64,000 bases of DNA from positions 7,008,001 to 7,072,000 of the forward strand of contig CM075989.1 in assembly GCA_038087875.1 (NCBI GenBank), read 5' to 3'. Numbering within the stretch: position 1 is the stretch's first letter; each line of letters opens with the position of its first letter. Positions 48,926 through 61,094 of the stretch are shown here, one piece after another. The position numbers and the translations under genes were made by a program. The notes under the pieces are model-generated. The model saw nothing but the letters and a program-made list of their open reading frames with translations. It made no database searches and had not been told where the DNA came from. The stretch comes from Malacoraja senta. Lineage: Eukaryota.

Positions 48926-49656
48926 ACATCATACAACCACTGGTTATTTTCTCCAACATGTTCTGCTTGAACATTCCTTTGTTAAGGCACAGATATAGTC
49001 CATTCAGCCCAACTGGCCTTTGTTAGAATTTATGCTTCATCATCTATCTTTTATCATCTCAGGCTCCTATTTTCCATGGTGGGCATATGGAACGAGCTGC
49101 CAGAGGAGGTAGTTGAGGAAGATATTATAACAACATTTAGAAGACATGGATAGGAAAAGTATTGGTGGGATGTGGGACTGGTGTAAATGTTCCCAGGATA
49201 CGAGGGCCTGAGGTTTAGGAAAATGATGGGCAGGGTGGGATTTTACTCCCTGGAACTCAGGAGGCTAAGGGATAATCTTAATTAGGTGGGCAAAATCATG
49301 AGGGGGGTAGATGAAGGTGAATGCAGAGAGTCTTTTATCCAGAGTAGGTGAATCAAGAACCTGTGAACGTGGGCTGTTGTTGAGAGGGGAAGATGTAATA
49401 AGAACCTGAGAGGCAACTTTTTCACACAGAGGTTGGTAGGTATATGGAGGTAGTTGATTAAGGTAGAGTAACAGCATTTGAAAGACACTTGGACAGGCCC
49501 ATGGATTAGAGGGATACGGGCCAAACACAGGCAAAAGGGACTAGTTTAGGTGGGGTACCTTGGTCGGCATGGATGAATCGGTTCAAAGGGCCTGTTTCCA
49601 TGCTGTATGGCTCTATGACTATGTAACTCCCCTTTGAGAGTTTCCTCTGAATGTAA

Positions 49657-50188
49657 AGAGCCTGTCCCACTTGGGAGACCTAATCCGCGAGTTCTGGCGA
49701 GTTTGCCCTCGACTCATACTCGCAGCATGGTCAACACGAAGTCGTAGGAGGTCTTCGTAACTCTCCTTCATGCTCGAGAGTAGTCTCCGCGTACTCGAGG
49801 CCTCAGCTAAGTCACGTCGTTTTTTTCAATATGTTAAAAAATGCCCGCGAGTAAAAAAAGGTCGACATGGAAAAAATGGATACTTTTTTTACTCAAAGGT
49901 TTAGTCGTAGTAGGTCGGCATGTTAGTCGTAGGTAATCGAGGGTAGTCGAAGGTAGTCGTAGATAGTCTTCATCATAGTCGAAGGGAGGTCGAAGGGAGG
50001 TCGAAGGGAGGTCGAAGGAGATCGAAGGAGGTCGTCTTCACTCTCCACTATTCGGTGTCCAATTTTCCCGAAGTTAGTCGTAGCTAGTCGTAGATAGTCT
50101 TCAACATGGTCGAAGGAGGTCTTCAACATGTCATTTTTTCAAACACTTCTAAACTCGCCAATTAGGTCGCCCAAGTGGGACAGCCCCT
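49657..50188. mobile_element. PIF/Harbinger-type MITE, family A
   Basis: TAA TSD (49654-49656, 50189-50191), TIRs, internal GTCGAAG/GTCGTAG arrays. Confidence 0.9.
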
Positions 50189-50713
50189 TAACTCTGCCAC
50201 CTAATCAAGCAATGGATTCTACATTCTGCTGCAAGTGCATGATACGATAACATAAATCACACCATGTTGTTATTTCACACCACTGCAATACTGGAACTCA
50301 GTTAACTTCATAGTTAATGAAAATCTACTTTCAAGACTGCAGTGTGTTTTAAGAGATTTAGATCAATGCACACTGATTGTGGAACAAATTTGCATTCAAT
50401 TAATTTTTTTTCTGAAGTGTTGCTATTGACCCAAGAAAGCAAAATATTTACTTTTAATAGTTGATCGAGGGGAGCAGACCCCAATTAAGAAATCATTGGT
50501 AAATACATCACAGCTACTAAAATAGAACAGATGCCACAATCTTCACAACTGCTAGAGTAAGTTCCTTTCTGATACCTTGATCAAAAACACTATCTAGACC
50601 ATCTGGCTAAGCAGAGATGTTGTGAACCAAGACATTGGCAGTGCTTAATATACTGAACATCTGCATTAGGAACAGAGTGCAAGCTTGAGACTTTCGGATG
50701 AGTTATCTGAATG

Positions 50714-50964
50714 TCCAAGATGGCGGTCGGAAGGGAAAGTGGACGCTGGCGCGCTTTAGCAGCCGCTGCTCTCTCTTCCATATTGTGTTTTTGATTTTTG
50801 TTTTTGGATTTAATTCTATCTTTAATTTGTGTACTGGTGATGTCTTTGCTATTTATTTCATTCCGCTTACATGTTTCTACACTATTTGTTAAACTTTGTA
50901 AGGTGTCCTTGAGACTTTTGAAAGGCGCCCATAAATAAAATTTATTATTATTATTATTATTATT
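50714..50964 (+). mobile_element. Short non-autonomous element with CAAGATGGCGG start and L2-type tail
   Basis: YY1-like 5' motif; 3' end TGTAAGGTGTCCTTGAG..GAAAGGCGCCCATAAATAAA(TTA)n matching the L2 tail at 40832-40910. Confidence 0.65.
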
Positions 50965-51134
50965 CTCTTTTACAATAATGTATTGATAAGGATGAACAAT
51001 GAGCCGCCAACCCATTTGATGCAACGCTTCGTCCACTCTTGTCGTCCAATGTACCCCAGCCCTTCTCTGTAAAGATGCACAACACTGGACTACTTTCGGC
51101 GAGTTGATCAGAATGAGAGAGGAAGGAAGATAAG

Positions 51135-51585
51135 GTGTGTGGATTACCTGCAATTGGAAAATTCAATATTCATACCATTGGGTTACAGATGACCCAGGTG
51201 GAACATGAGGTCCTGTTCATCTTGTTTGCGTTTGACCTCACCTTGGCAGTGGAGAATGCCGAGGATGGACAGGTCAGTGTGGGAATGGGAAGCGAGAAGT
51301 TGAAATGGTATGCAACCAGGAGCTTAAGATGGCTACTGCGCACAGAGTGTATGCATTGGGTGGGTGCCCAGTCTACTCTTGGTCCCGCCAGTGCAGAGGA
51401 GGTCACGACACGAGCACCATATTCAATAGACAAGGTTGTCGGAGATGCATGTGAAACTCTTGCCTGATGTGGAATGGCTGTTCAGGTCCATGGATGGAGG
51501 TATGGGAGGAGGTACTGGGGCAGATGTTGCACCTCCAATGTATGCGGGGATAAGTGCCAGATTCTGGGGTGGGCCAGGTGGAAAC
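51135..51585 (-). mobile_element. Degraded Penelope-like GIY-YIG region
   Basis: HSVR..LLVAYHFN motif homologous to the cleaner PLE copies. Confidence 0.65.
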
Positions 51586-51661
51586 TTCATGCTACTTTGC
51601 AAAGAACATCATGGAGTGTATTTAGTGCAGGCTTTAGATCTGATTCTTTTTTAAAGATCTG

Positions 51662-51975
51662 TGGCGGCACAGTGGCACAGCGGTAGAGTTGCTGCTTTAC
51701 AGGGCCAGAGACCTGGGTTCGATCCTGACTACGGGTGCTGTCTGTATGGAGTTTGTACATTCTCCCCATGACGCATGGTTTTTCACCGGGTGCTCCGGTT
51801 TCCTCCCACACTCCAAAGACGTACAGGTTTGTGGATTCATCGGCTTTGATAACATTGTAAATTATCCCTCGTGTGTGGGATAGTGGTAGTGTAGGGGGTT
51901 GCTGGGTGGCACGGACCTGGTGGGCCGAAGGGCCTGTTTCCGCACTGTATCTCTAGACTAAACCAAACTAAACTA
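51662..51975 (+). mobile_element. HE1-like SINE, full length
   Basis: A-box TGGCACAGCGG, B-box GGTTCGATCC, V-domain, tail. Confidence 0.9.
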
Positions 51976-51994
51976 ATCAATCACCCAGGCAGCC

Positions 51995-52405
51995 AGGCTA
52001 CCATCGAGGGCATCTATCGCAGTCGCTGCCTCAAAAAGGCTGGCAGCATCATCAAGGACCCACACCATCCTGGCCACACACTCATCTCCCCGCTACCTTC
52101 AGGTAGAAGGTACAGGAGCCTGAAGACTGCAACGTCCAGATTCAGAAACAGCTTCTTCCCCACAGCCATCAGGCTATTGAACTCAACTCAAACAAAACTC
52201 TGAACATTAATAGCCCATTATCTGTTTATTTGCACTTTATCTGTTTATTTATTTATTCATGTGTGTATATATTTATACAATGGTATATGGACGCAATGAT
52301 CTGTTCCGTATTCATGCCTTCTATAATTCTGTTGTGCTGAAGCAAAGCAAGAATTTCATTGTCCTATCTGGGACACATGACAATAAACTCTCTTGAATCT
52401 TGAAT
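51995..52405 (+). mobile_element. Rex1/Babar-like LINE 3' end
   Basis: HPGHTLISPLPSGRRYRSLKTATSRFRNSFFPTAIRLLN. Confidence 0.85.
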
Positions 52406-52983
52406 CATGGCTTGATGGAATAGCTAATTGAAGTCTTGTTAATCCTTTTTAATATTTATCATAAAAAAAACAGGAGTTGATGGGAATGCTCATCATCAGG
52501 GATCTGTTCAATCATCCCATTACCTCCCTCCAATCCTTCCTTCACTTATCTAATGTTAACTAAAATCCATGCCATAGCTTGAGAATTACCACGATGGAGG
52601 TGGAAACATGTTTCAGCTGAGGGATGGTGCCTCCGACATTGTGGGATCTCTTCAGTACTGCACTGGAAGGTCTACCTCTGTTATAATAGGATTACATTTC
52701 TATGGATGTCCTTCAGTGCTTTCCAGCCAAAGAAGCACTGTTCATGTGTACTCAATGTTATAATGTGGGGTAATGCAGCACCCAAAATATATGCACCAGG
52801 ACCCTCCAAACAGCAATGAAATAGAGGACCTGAAAAATCTTTCCTTCATCAATGATGGTTGTGCCAATAATGAGAGGTAGGAACTGTCTGAACTCCCCTG
52901 AACTGGTCCAGTGAAACCTCTGAATTTGAGAAGGCAGGCACGACCTTGGTTTAATAGCTAATCCAAAAAAGGATGCCAACAGC

Positions 52984-53290
52984 AGGGTGGCACAGTGACG
53001 CAGCTGAGAGAGCCGCTGCCTCCCAGCATCAGAGACCAAGTTCAATCCTGATCACGGCTGCTGTCTGTGTGGTGTTGCCATGTTTTCCCTGTGACTGCTT
53101 GGGCTTCCTCCAAGTGCTCCGGTCTCTTCCCACATTCCAAAGTCACTTGTTGGGTTAATTGGCCTCTGTAAATTGCCCCTAGTGTGTAGGGCGTGGGTGC
53201 AAAAGTGAGATAACATAGAACTATTGTGAACGGGTGGTCGATGGTAGGCGTGGCCTGAATGGCCTGTTTCCATGCTGAATCTAAAAAATA
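52984..53290 (+). mobile_element. HE1-like SINE
   Basis: Head, V-domain, tail. Confidence 0.8.
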
Positions 53291-53784
53291 AAGCAGCAGC
53301 ACTGACTAGACACAGCACAGGGGATAATGAAGGGTCCTGACCCAGAATGTCACCCATCTCTTTTCATCCAGAGATGCTGCCTGACCCACTGAGTTACTCC
53401 AGCACTTTGAGTCTATCTTTCGACACAAACCAACACACCAGACAACATATCCAGAAAAATAAAGAGTTGACATATCGGACCCGTCCACACATCTTGTCGG
53501 ACCTGCTGAATGCTTCCAGTATCATCTCTTTTTTCAGATTTTCAGCAGTGAAGGTAAAAGGGTGCAAATAGTAGAATCTCGCCTTAGCAACTTTGGTTAC
53601 TAACTCCACCCTTCTTTCCCCGCTCCCATCTGCTCAGCTGACAATCAAATGCTCCTTACTTGTCACCTATCACTTGCCAGCTCATGCCCCAACTCTTCCC
53701 CTCACCCTTATCTACAAACTATCTCCTCTGTACTCCAATCAGTCTGAAGAAGTGTCCCGATCCAAAACACAGTCCGTTTTCCCT

Positions 53785-54810
53785 CGTGCATCACAGCATT
53801 GTTTGGGATCAGCTCCATCCAAGACCGCAAACAATTGCAGAGAATTGTGGACGCAGCCCAGACCATCACACAAACCAACCTCCCTTCCATTGACTCCATT
53901 TACACCTCATAAGGCCACCATCATAATCAAAGATGAATCTCGCCCTCTTCTCCCCCCTCCCATCAGGCAAGAGGTACAGAAGTGTGAAAGCACACACAAC
54001 CAGATTCAGGGACAGTTTCTTCCCACTGTTATCAGGCAACTGAAACAATCTATCAACAACTAGAGAGTGGTCATGAGCTACTATTGAACTCACTGGAGAC
54101 CCGTGACCTATCTTTAATAGGACTTCACTGAATTCTATCTTGCACTAAACGTTATTCCCTTAAGGGGCTGTCCCACTGCGGCGACCTAATCCGCGAGTTG
54201 AGAAGAGTTTGCCCTCGACTCATACTCGCAGCATGGTCGACACGAGGTCCTAGGAGGTCTTTGTAACTCTGCTTCATGCTCGAGAGTAGTCCCCGCGTAC
54301 TCGAGGCCTCAGCTAGGTCGTGGCATATTTTTCAACATGCTGAAAAATGCCCGTGAGTAAAAAAAGGTCCCCATGGAAAAAATTGATATTTTTTTTACTC
54401 ATAGGTTTAGTCGAGGTAGGTCGTAGTAGGTCGGCATTTTATTCGTAGGTAGTCGAAGGTAGTCATAGATAGTCTTCAACATAGTCGAAGGGAGGTCGAA
54501 GAAGATCGAAGGAGGTCGTCTTCACTCTCCACTATTCGGTGTCCAATTTTCCCGTAGCTAGTCATAGCTAGTCTTCAACATAGTCGAAGGAGGTCGAAGG
54601 AGGTCTTCAACATGACACTTTTACAAGCTCTCCTAAACTCTTCTAAACTCGCCAATTAGGTCGCCACAGTTGGACAGGCCCTTTAACCATGTATCTGTAC
54701 ACTGTGGACGGTTCAATTGTAACCATGTATAGTCTTCACACTGACTGTTTATCACGCAACAAAAGCTTTACACTGTACCTTGGTACATGTGACAATAGAC
54801 TAAACTAAAC
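53785..54810 (+). mobile_element. Rex1/Babar-like LINE 3' end interrupted by a MITE
   Basis: CITALFG..QDRKQLQRIVDAAQTIT; 3' UTR continuous across 54163-54682. Confidence 0.8.
54163..54682. mobile_element. PIF/Harbinger-type MITE, family A
   Basis: Exact TTA TSD (54160-54162, 54683-54685); TIRs AGGGGCTGTCCCAC / TTGGACAGGCCCT. Confidence 0.9.
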
Positions 54811-54884
54811 TTCACAGGTGCTGCGTGATTCATCGGGTTCCTCCAGCAGTATGTGTTTTGTACTAAAATAGAACTCAGTCTGGT

Positions 54885-55975
54885 TGTGTTGGAAAGAACT
54901 GCAGACGCTGGTTTAAATCGAAGGTAGACACAAAATGCTGGAGTAACTCAACGGGACAGGCAGCATCTCTGAAGAGAAGGAATCGGTGACGTTTCGGGTG
55001 GAGACCCTTCTTCAGACTGATGTCAAGGGAAGTGAGCGGTACAGAGATAGAATGTCGTCGGTGACAGGAAGATTGATGGGAGAACTGGGAAGAGGGAGGG
55101 GATGGAGAGAGAGGGTACTTGAAGTTACAGAAGTCAATGTTCATATCGCTGGGTGTAAGCTACCCAAGCGAAATATGAGGAGCTGTTCCTGACAATGGAG
55201 GAGGCCCAGGACAGAAAGGTCAGTGTGGGAATGGAAGGGGGAGTTAAAGTGCTGAGCTACAGGGAGATCAGTTAGGTTAAGACGTACTGCGCAAAACGAT
55301 CGCTGAGCCTGCGCTTGGTCTCGCCGATATACAGGAATTGACACCAGGAACAGCAGATACAGTAGATGAGGTTGGAGGTGGTGCAAGTGGATCAGGGAGT
55401 TGTGGATGGAATGGTCTCTGCGGAAAGCAGAAAGGGGTGGAGATGGGAAGATGTGGCCAGTAGTGGGATCCCGTTGGTGGTGGCGAAAATGTTGGAGGAT
55501 TATATGCTGTATGCGACGGCTGATGGGGTGGAAGGTGAGGACAAGGGGGGTTTGTCCTTGTTACGAATAGGGGGAGGGGGTGCAAGAGCGGAGCTGCGGG
55601 ATATCGTGGAGACCCTAGTGAGAGCCTCATCTATAATTGAAGAGGATAACCCACATTCCCGAATGAATGAGGACATCTCCGATGACCTGGTATGGAAAAC
55701 CTCATCCTGGGCGCTGATGCGGCATAGACGGAGAATTGGGAGTAGAAGGTAGACTCTTTATAGGATGCAGGGTGGGAAGAAGTGTAGTCTGGATAGCTAT
55801 GGGAGTCAGTAGGTTTGTAGTAGATGTCAGTCAATAGTCTGTCTCCTGTGAGGGAGACGGTGAGATCTAGAAACGGTAGGGAGATGTCGGAGATGGTCCA
55901 AGTGAATTTGAGTGCAGGATGGAAATTAGACGTGAAGTTGATGAAGTGAGTGAGTTCTGCATGGGTGCAGGAGGT
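54885..55975 (-). mobile_element. Penelope-like element, 5'-truncated (RT thumb, GIY-YIG, pLTR)
   Basis: TDIYYKPTDSHSY..SSHP, LIYCICCSWCQFLYIGETKRRL, PVAQHFNS; hammerhead-like core at about 54985-55017. Confidence 0.9.
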
Positions 55976-56093
55976 CGGATGAAATCAGTGAGTTCTGCAT
56001 GGGCGCAGGAGATGAACTCAGTGAGTTCTGCATGGGTGCAGGAGATGAAGTCAGTGAGTTCTGCATAGTTGCAGGAATGAAGTCAATGAGTTC
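55940..56093. repeat. 33-bp tandem repeat (~4.5 copies) at the PLE 5' junction
   Basis: Imperfect copies of GATGAAGTCAGTGAGTTCTGCATGGGTGCAGGA. Confidence 0.9.
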
Positions 56094-56684
56094 GGCTCAG
56101 TCTGGCTATTGCTTGTGGAATAGTGTGTATGAAAATAAATTTCCTTCTGTTATAGTTTAACTGCAGTGAGTGCATTTCAAAGTGCAACTCACTGTACACA
56201 CACTGCTTTGGGATGCTTGTGAGAGCTGTGATAAGGTACAAGCCCTCTCCTTCTTTGCCTCAACAATTGCTTTTACTCCAATGGGCTGATGGATGTACAA
56301 AAGGCCCCAGATTAGAAACTAACCGATACACAGTACATCTTTGCAAAGAGGATAAATACAGTGGACAGTGAAGATTTAAATTGCTGAGATGGGGGCTAAT
56401 GGTGGGGGAGGAGAAAGGTTATTTAAGGGTGAGTAGACAAAGCTTGATTGTAATCGTGTTTGGTCTTTTCACTGACTGAATGGCACCCAACAAAAAGTAT
56501 TTCACTGAACATTGATACAAGTGAGAATATTAATAAACTCTGACTAGTTTAGGCAGCATCCGTGGAACAAGAAATTGAGTTAACATTTCAGGTCGAAGAG
56601 CTTTCAAAATAACTGAAAGAAAACATGGTAGTTTTCAGTAACAGTGTGGGTGGGGGGGGGGGGTAGAATGAAAGGAACATCTAT

Positions 56685-57030
56685 CAAGGCCTGGATAGAG
56701 TGGATGTGGAGTGGATGTTTCCACTAGTGGGAGAGTCTAGGACCAGAGGCCATAGCCTCAGAATAAAATGATGCACCTCAAGGAAGATGAGGAATTTCTT
56801 TAGTCAGAGGGTGATGAACCTGTGGAATTCATTGCCTCAGAAGGCTGTGGAGGCCTAGTCAAGGGATATTTTTAAGGCAGAGATTGAAAGATTATTGATT
56901 AATATGGTTCAGGGGTTATGGGGAGAAGGCAGGAGAATGCAGTCGGGAGGGAAAGATAGATCAGCCATGATTGAACGGTGGAGTAGACATGATGGGCTGA
57001 ATGGCCTAATTCCGAACACTTCTGAATTTA
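56685..57030 (+). mobile_element. CR1-like LINE 3' end
   Basis: MFPLVGESRTRGHSLRI motif and 3' UTR. Confidence 0.85.
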
Positions 57031-57049
57031 TGAATGTTTGATGGAGTGA

Positions 57050-57510
57050 GACCAAATGCCAAAAGATTACGCTTCAAGGTGTAAAAGGAATCTCTAAAAT
57101 TCTTTTGAGCAAAGATTTTTGTGCTGTCAATTATTTGCACATTGGACGAGCAGATAATGACAGTCATATTCATGTGGTGGAAAGTTTATCAGTCCATCAT
57201 GTTTTTGCAGGAGCTAGTTTGGACAGTTGCAACAATGATCCTTCAACAAACTGCACAATATAAAGAAACATTTCCAATGATAAAAGTTGGGGTCTTTGGT
57301 GCTTTATAAAGATCCTGATCTTTGGAATTCACTGCCAAACCTCTTTCCTCCATTATTCTCCCGAGATTTTATCTCTGTAGCTTGTCTCCCCATGAACCTT
57401 GATGTCAAAAGGTGTAAAGCTCCGGGAAAAGACCTTGCGATGGTCAACTAGATCAAAGATATTGAAGATGAAGTTGAGCAAAAGCATTAAGTTGGTCCTG
57501 CCTACTTTCA
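57050..57510 (-). mobile_element. Ancient LINE RT relic
   Basis: LLLNF..FDLVDH..HGET resembles the non-LTR RT motif LDxSKAFDxVDH..GIxG; heavily decayed. Confidence 0.4.
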
Positions 57511-57549
57511 AATAATGATTTTTTTGTTTTCTTAACCAATAAATAATTG

Positions 57550-57835
57550 CGGCACGGTGGCGCAACGGGAGAGTTGTGGACCCGGGTTTGATCCTGACTA
57601 CTGGTGCTGTCTATGTGGAGTTTCCACGTTCTCCCCGTGACCGCATGGATTTCCGCTGGGTGCTCCGGTTTCCTCCCACATCCTAAAGACGTGTAGGATT
57701 GTAGGTTAATTGCCTTCTGTAAATTGCCCCATGTGTGTGGGATAGCGCTAATGTACAGGTGATCAAAGGCGGCATGTACTTGGTGGGCCAAAGGACCTGT
57801 TTCCACGTTGTATCTCTAAACTAAACTCAACTAAA
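57550..57835 (+). mobile_element. HE1-like SINE
   Basis: Head, V-domain, (CTAAA)n tail. Confidence 0.85.
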
Positions 57836-57921
57836 TTGAATTCCATGATGTTTTTTACAGTATTATTGAATTATTTTTTTTGTACTGTGTAGAAGATAAT
57901 AACCATCTCTGGATCATTTTG

Positions 57922-58274
57922 TAATAATAATAATAATAATAATAATGGATTGGATTTATATAGCGCCTTTCTAATACCCAAGGCGCTTTACATCGCATTA
58001 TTCATTCACTCCTCAGTCACACTCGGTGGTGGTGAGCTACTTCTGTAGCCACAGCTGCCCTGGGGAAGACTGACGGAAGCTTGGCTGCTAATCTGCGCCT
58101 ACGGCCCCTCCGACCACCACCAATCACTCACACGCATTCACACACATTCACACGCAGGCAAAGGTGGGTGAAGTGTCTTGCCCAAGGACACAACGACAGT
58201 ATGCACTCCAAGCGGGATTCGAACCGGCTACCTTCCGGTTGCCAGCCGAACACTTAGCCCATTGCGCCATCTGT
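57922..58274 (-). mobile_element. Young tRNA-derived CORE-type SINE with L2 tail
   Basis: A-box TGGCGCAATGG, B-box GGTTCGAATCC, CORE-like GTGTCCTTGGGCAAGACACTT, tail TGTAAAGCGCCTTGGG..AAAGGCGCTATATAAAT(TTA)n. Confidence 0.85.
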
Positions 58275-58825
58275 ACAACTAATATCTTGACTGGGTACAT
58301 CTTGGAAAGATTCATCCTTGCAGCTCACACTCAATCTTGATCCCAGACACATGGAATGACAATATTTCCTTTGGAGCAAGAGGTTTAGAGGTGCTTAAAG
58401 TTAATGGACTGGTAGTGTAATGAGTTCAAGTCCCACCAAGACAGCCGTGGAATTTAAATTTCCAGTCACAAGTTTAAAAAAATGAACGAGCAAAGTGTAA
58501 TACTGACAAAAGTTCTTCAGGTGAGGAAATCTACCAATATTGAGTTGACTCACCAATCCTGTTGATTCTTAAAGGCCATCAAATGGCCTAAACCCCTCAA
58601 TTCATGTTTATCATTATAATATCAGTTCAGGAATATTTTTCGGGGGGGGGAAGGGGGGGACTTTGGACCACGGCTACATTGTCCTGGGACCACCTATTGT
58701 TGACACACCAATGACACACCAATGATAATCGGGGCTTTCTGATACCAGGTTCATACCCACCCCCATCTCTCAGGCAAGAATACCCCCACCAGTAATGGAA
58801 GAGTTCCTCCAGCAATTTGTATCTT

Positions 58826-58903
58826 TGACCAATGCTGCGAGTTTGAGTCGAGGGCAAACTCTTCTAAACTCGCAGATTAGGTTGCCGTAGTGGGACAGCC
58901 CCT
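58826..58903. mobile_element. Single end of a family A MITE
   Basis: GAGTCGAGGGCAAACTC...GTGGGACAGCCCCT. Confidence 0.75.
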
Positions 58904-59129
58904 ATAGTTTGGAAGATCGGGATTATGCCCTAACTTGTGAGAGGACCATTCAGTTGTCTGGTAATAGTGGGGAAGAAGCTGGTCCTGAATCTGGTGGGTA
59001 CTATCACTCAGATGAACCTTCATCTCTTTGGGAGAGGTAGGAAGAGGGAATGACCAGGGTGAAATTGGTCCTTGATGACGTTGGCTGCTTTCCTATGAAG
59101 TAAAGATGAAGTCAATGGGAGGGACACAA

Positions 59130-59762
59130 ATTAGACAATAGACAATAGACAATAGGTGCAGGAGTAGGCCATTCAGCCCTTCGAGCCAGCACCGCCATTC
59201 AATGTGATCATGGTTGATCATCCCCAATCAGTACCCCTTTCCTGCCTTCTCCCCATATCCCCTGACTCCGCTATTTTTAAAAGCCCTATCTAGCTCTCTC
59301 TTGAAAGCATCCAGAGAACCGGCCTCCACCGCCCTCTGAGGCAGAGAATTCCACAGACTCACCACTCTCTATGAGACAAAGTGTTTCCTCATCTCCGTTC
59401 CAAATGGCTTACTCCTTATTCTTAAACTGTGGCCCCTGGTTCTGGACTCCCCCAACATCGGGAACATGTTTCCTGCCTCTAGCGTGTCCAAGCCCTTAAC
59501 AATCTTATATGTTTCAATGAGATTCCCTCTCATCCTTCTAAACTCCAGAGTGTACAAGCCCAGCTGCTCCATTCTCTCAGCATATGACAGTCCCGCCATC
59601 CCGGGAATTAACCTTGTAAACCTACGCTGCACTCCCTCAATAGCAAGAATGCCCTTCCTCAAATTAGGGGACCAAAACTGCACACAATACTCCAGGTGTG
59701 GTCTCACTAGGGCTCTGTACAACTGCAGAAGGACCACTTTGCTCCTATATTCGATTCCTCTT
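59130..59762 (-). mobile_element. CR1-like LINE 3' end with long open ORF2 frame, inserted into a Rex1 fragment
   Basis: [27 protein letters not shown]..; (TTGTCTA)n tail. Confidence 0.9.
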
Positions 59763-61094
59763 GTGTGATGTGTGATGGACTGGGCTAAATTGTGTGATTG
59801 ACTGGGCTGCATCCATTCTCCGCACATTCTTGCAGTTTTAGTCAGTTCTGTTGTCAAACTAAGATCGGTGTTCGGATTTTAATGTTAATATGGAAGCCCA
59901 CCACAGTTCCTGTCCAATTGTTGTCTATAATCTGAGCTGGAAAGACAAGTTAGACACAAAATGCTGGAGTAACTCAGCAGGATGGGTAGCATCTCTGGAA
60001 TGAAGGAGTGGGTGAAGGAAAGCAAAATGGTGAGCTAATAACCATTATGTGGAGACTGGACTGTGTTTGACCATCATAGTCCATCTGGGTACGGCCCGTG
60101 AAGAAACAGAACTTAGCTGAAACCAAGGCACCTACCTGGATGGCATGGATCCACACTCACCAGGAGTGTCAGCCTTGGATGGAAGAGGGGACAAGGGTAA
60201 ACAGACCTCCTTGCTATAAAGAATTCCAGGAAAAGGGCATTCAGCCAAGATCAGACACTGAGCTGACACTGATAAACAACACTACTCACTAGTGTCAGAG
60301 TGAAGTCAGCAGAGGCAACTCCATGATCAACGGAAAATGAATCATGTGCCACTGGGCATACAACTCTCTGCACTGTAGACACCCAGAGGTCACACATGGT
60401 GCTCTGGGGGCTTTAGTTTCCATCACTCTGAGATCCCAATGTGCGAGCTATTTATACAGCACTTGCAAACTATTTTAAGACATCTTCTTTGTTATTTTGC
60501 TCCACCATCAACAGCAGATATTCATCTCCCAATGTGCGAAGAAATCCCTCACACACTCTCTCTGCTTTCCATTTTCCTTCTCACACAGAAGAAGTCCATT
60601 TGATCCATCGAGTCTATGTTGGGTCACGGAACAATTCAATAATGTCATCTCACAAACCCTTCCCTCCCTCCCTGTCACCTCCCAGTTCTACCGCCCACCT
60701 ACACGTCAAGGGGCAATCTACAAGTGACTACCAACCTATGGAATGAAGCGGGAGCACCTGGGAGGTCACAGAGGGAACGTGCAAACTCCACATGGACAAC
60801 AAAGGGAGTCAGAATTGAACCTGGATCGCTGACGTTGTGAGACAGCACCACTACTAACTGCTCCACTCAGTCACTCTGCATCTCTTCCTTTAAGTTGCTC
60901 CTTAATACCAACTTTCCTAACCACCTCTTTGTTCCTCTCTTTGCAAATATCTCCTTTAAGTGGTTTAATGTCAAATAACATTAAATAATAATGTCAAATA
61001 AGTGTTCAATAACACTTCTCTGAAGCACCCCAGGGATATGTTATTATGTGAAGAATACTTGATACATTCAAGGTGAATTTAAAACCGAAAGATT

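Noticed and set aside
51662..51735. tRNA gene
   Set aside because: The A/B boxes belong to SINE heads followed by SINE bodies; no full cloverleaf. The same applies to 58200-58274.
59369..59857. 162-aa ORF as a host gene
   Set aside because: It is CR1 ORF2 C-terminus, 5'-truncated; the same applies to 48365-48844 and 17596-17868.
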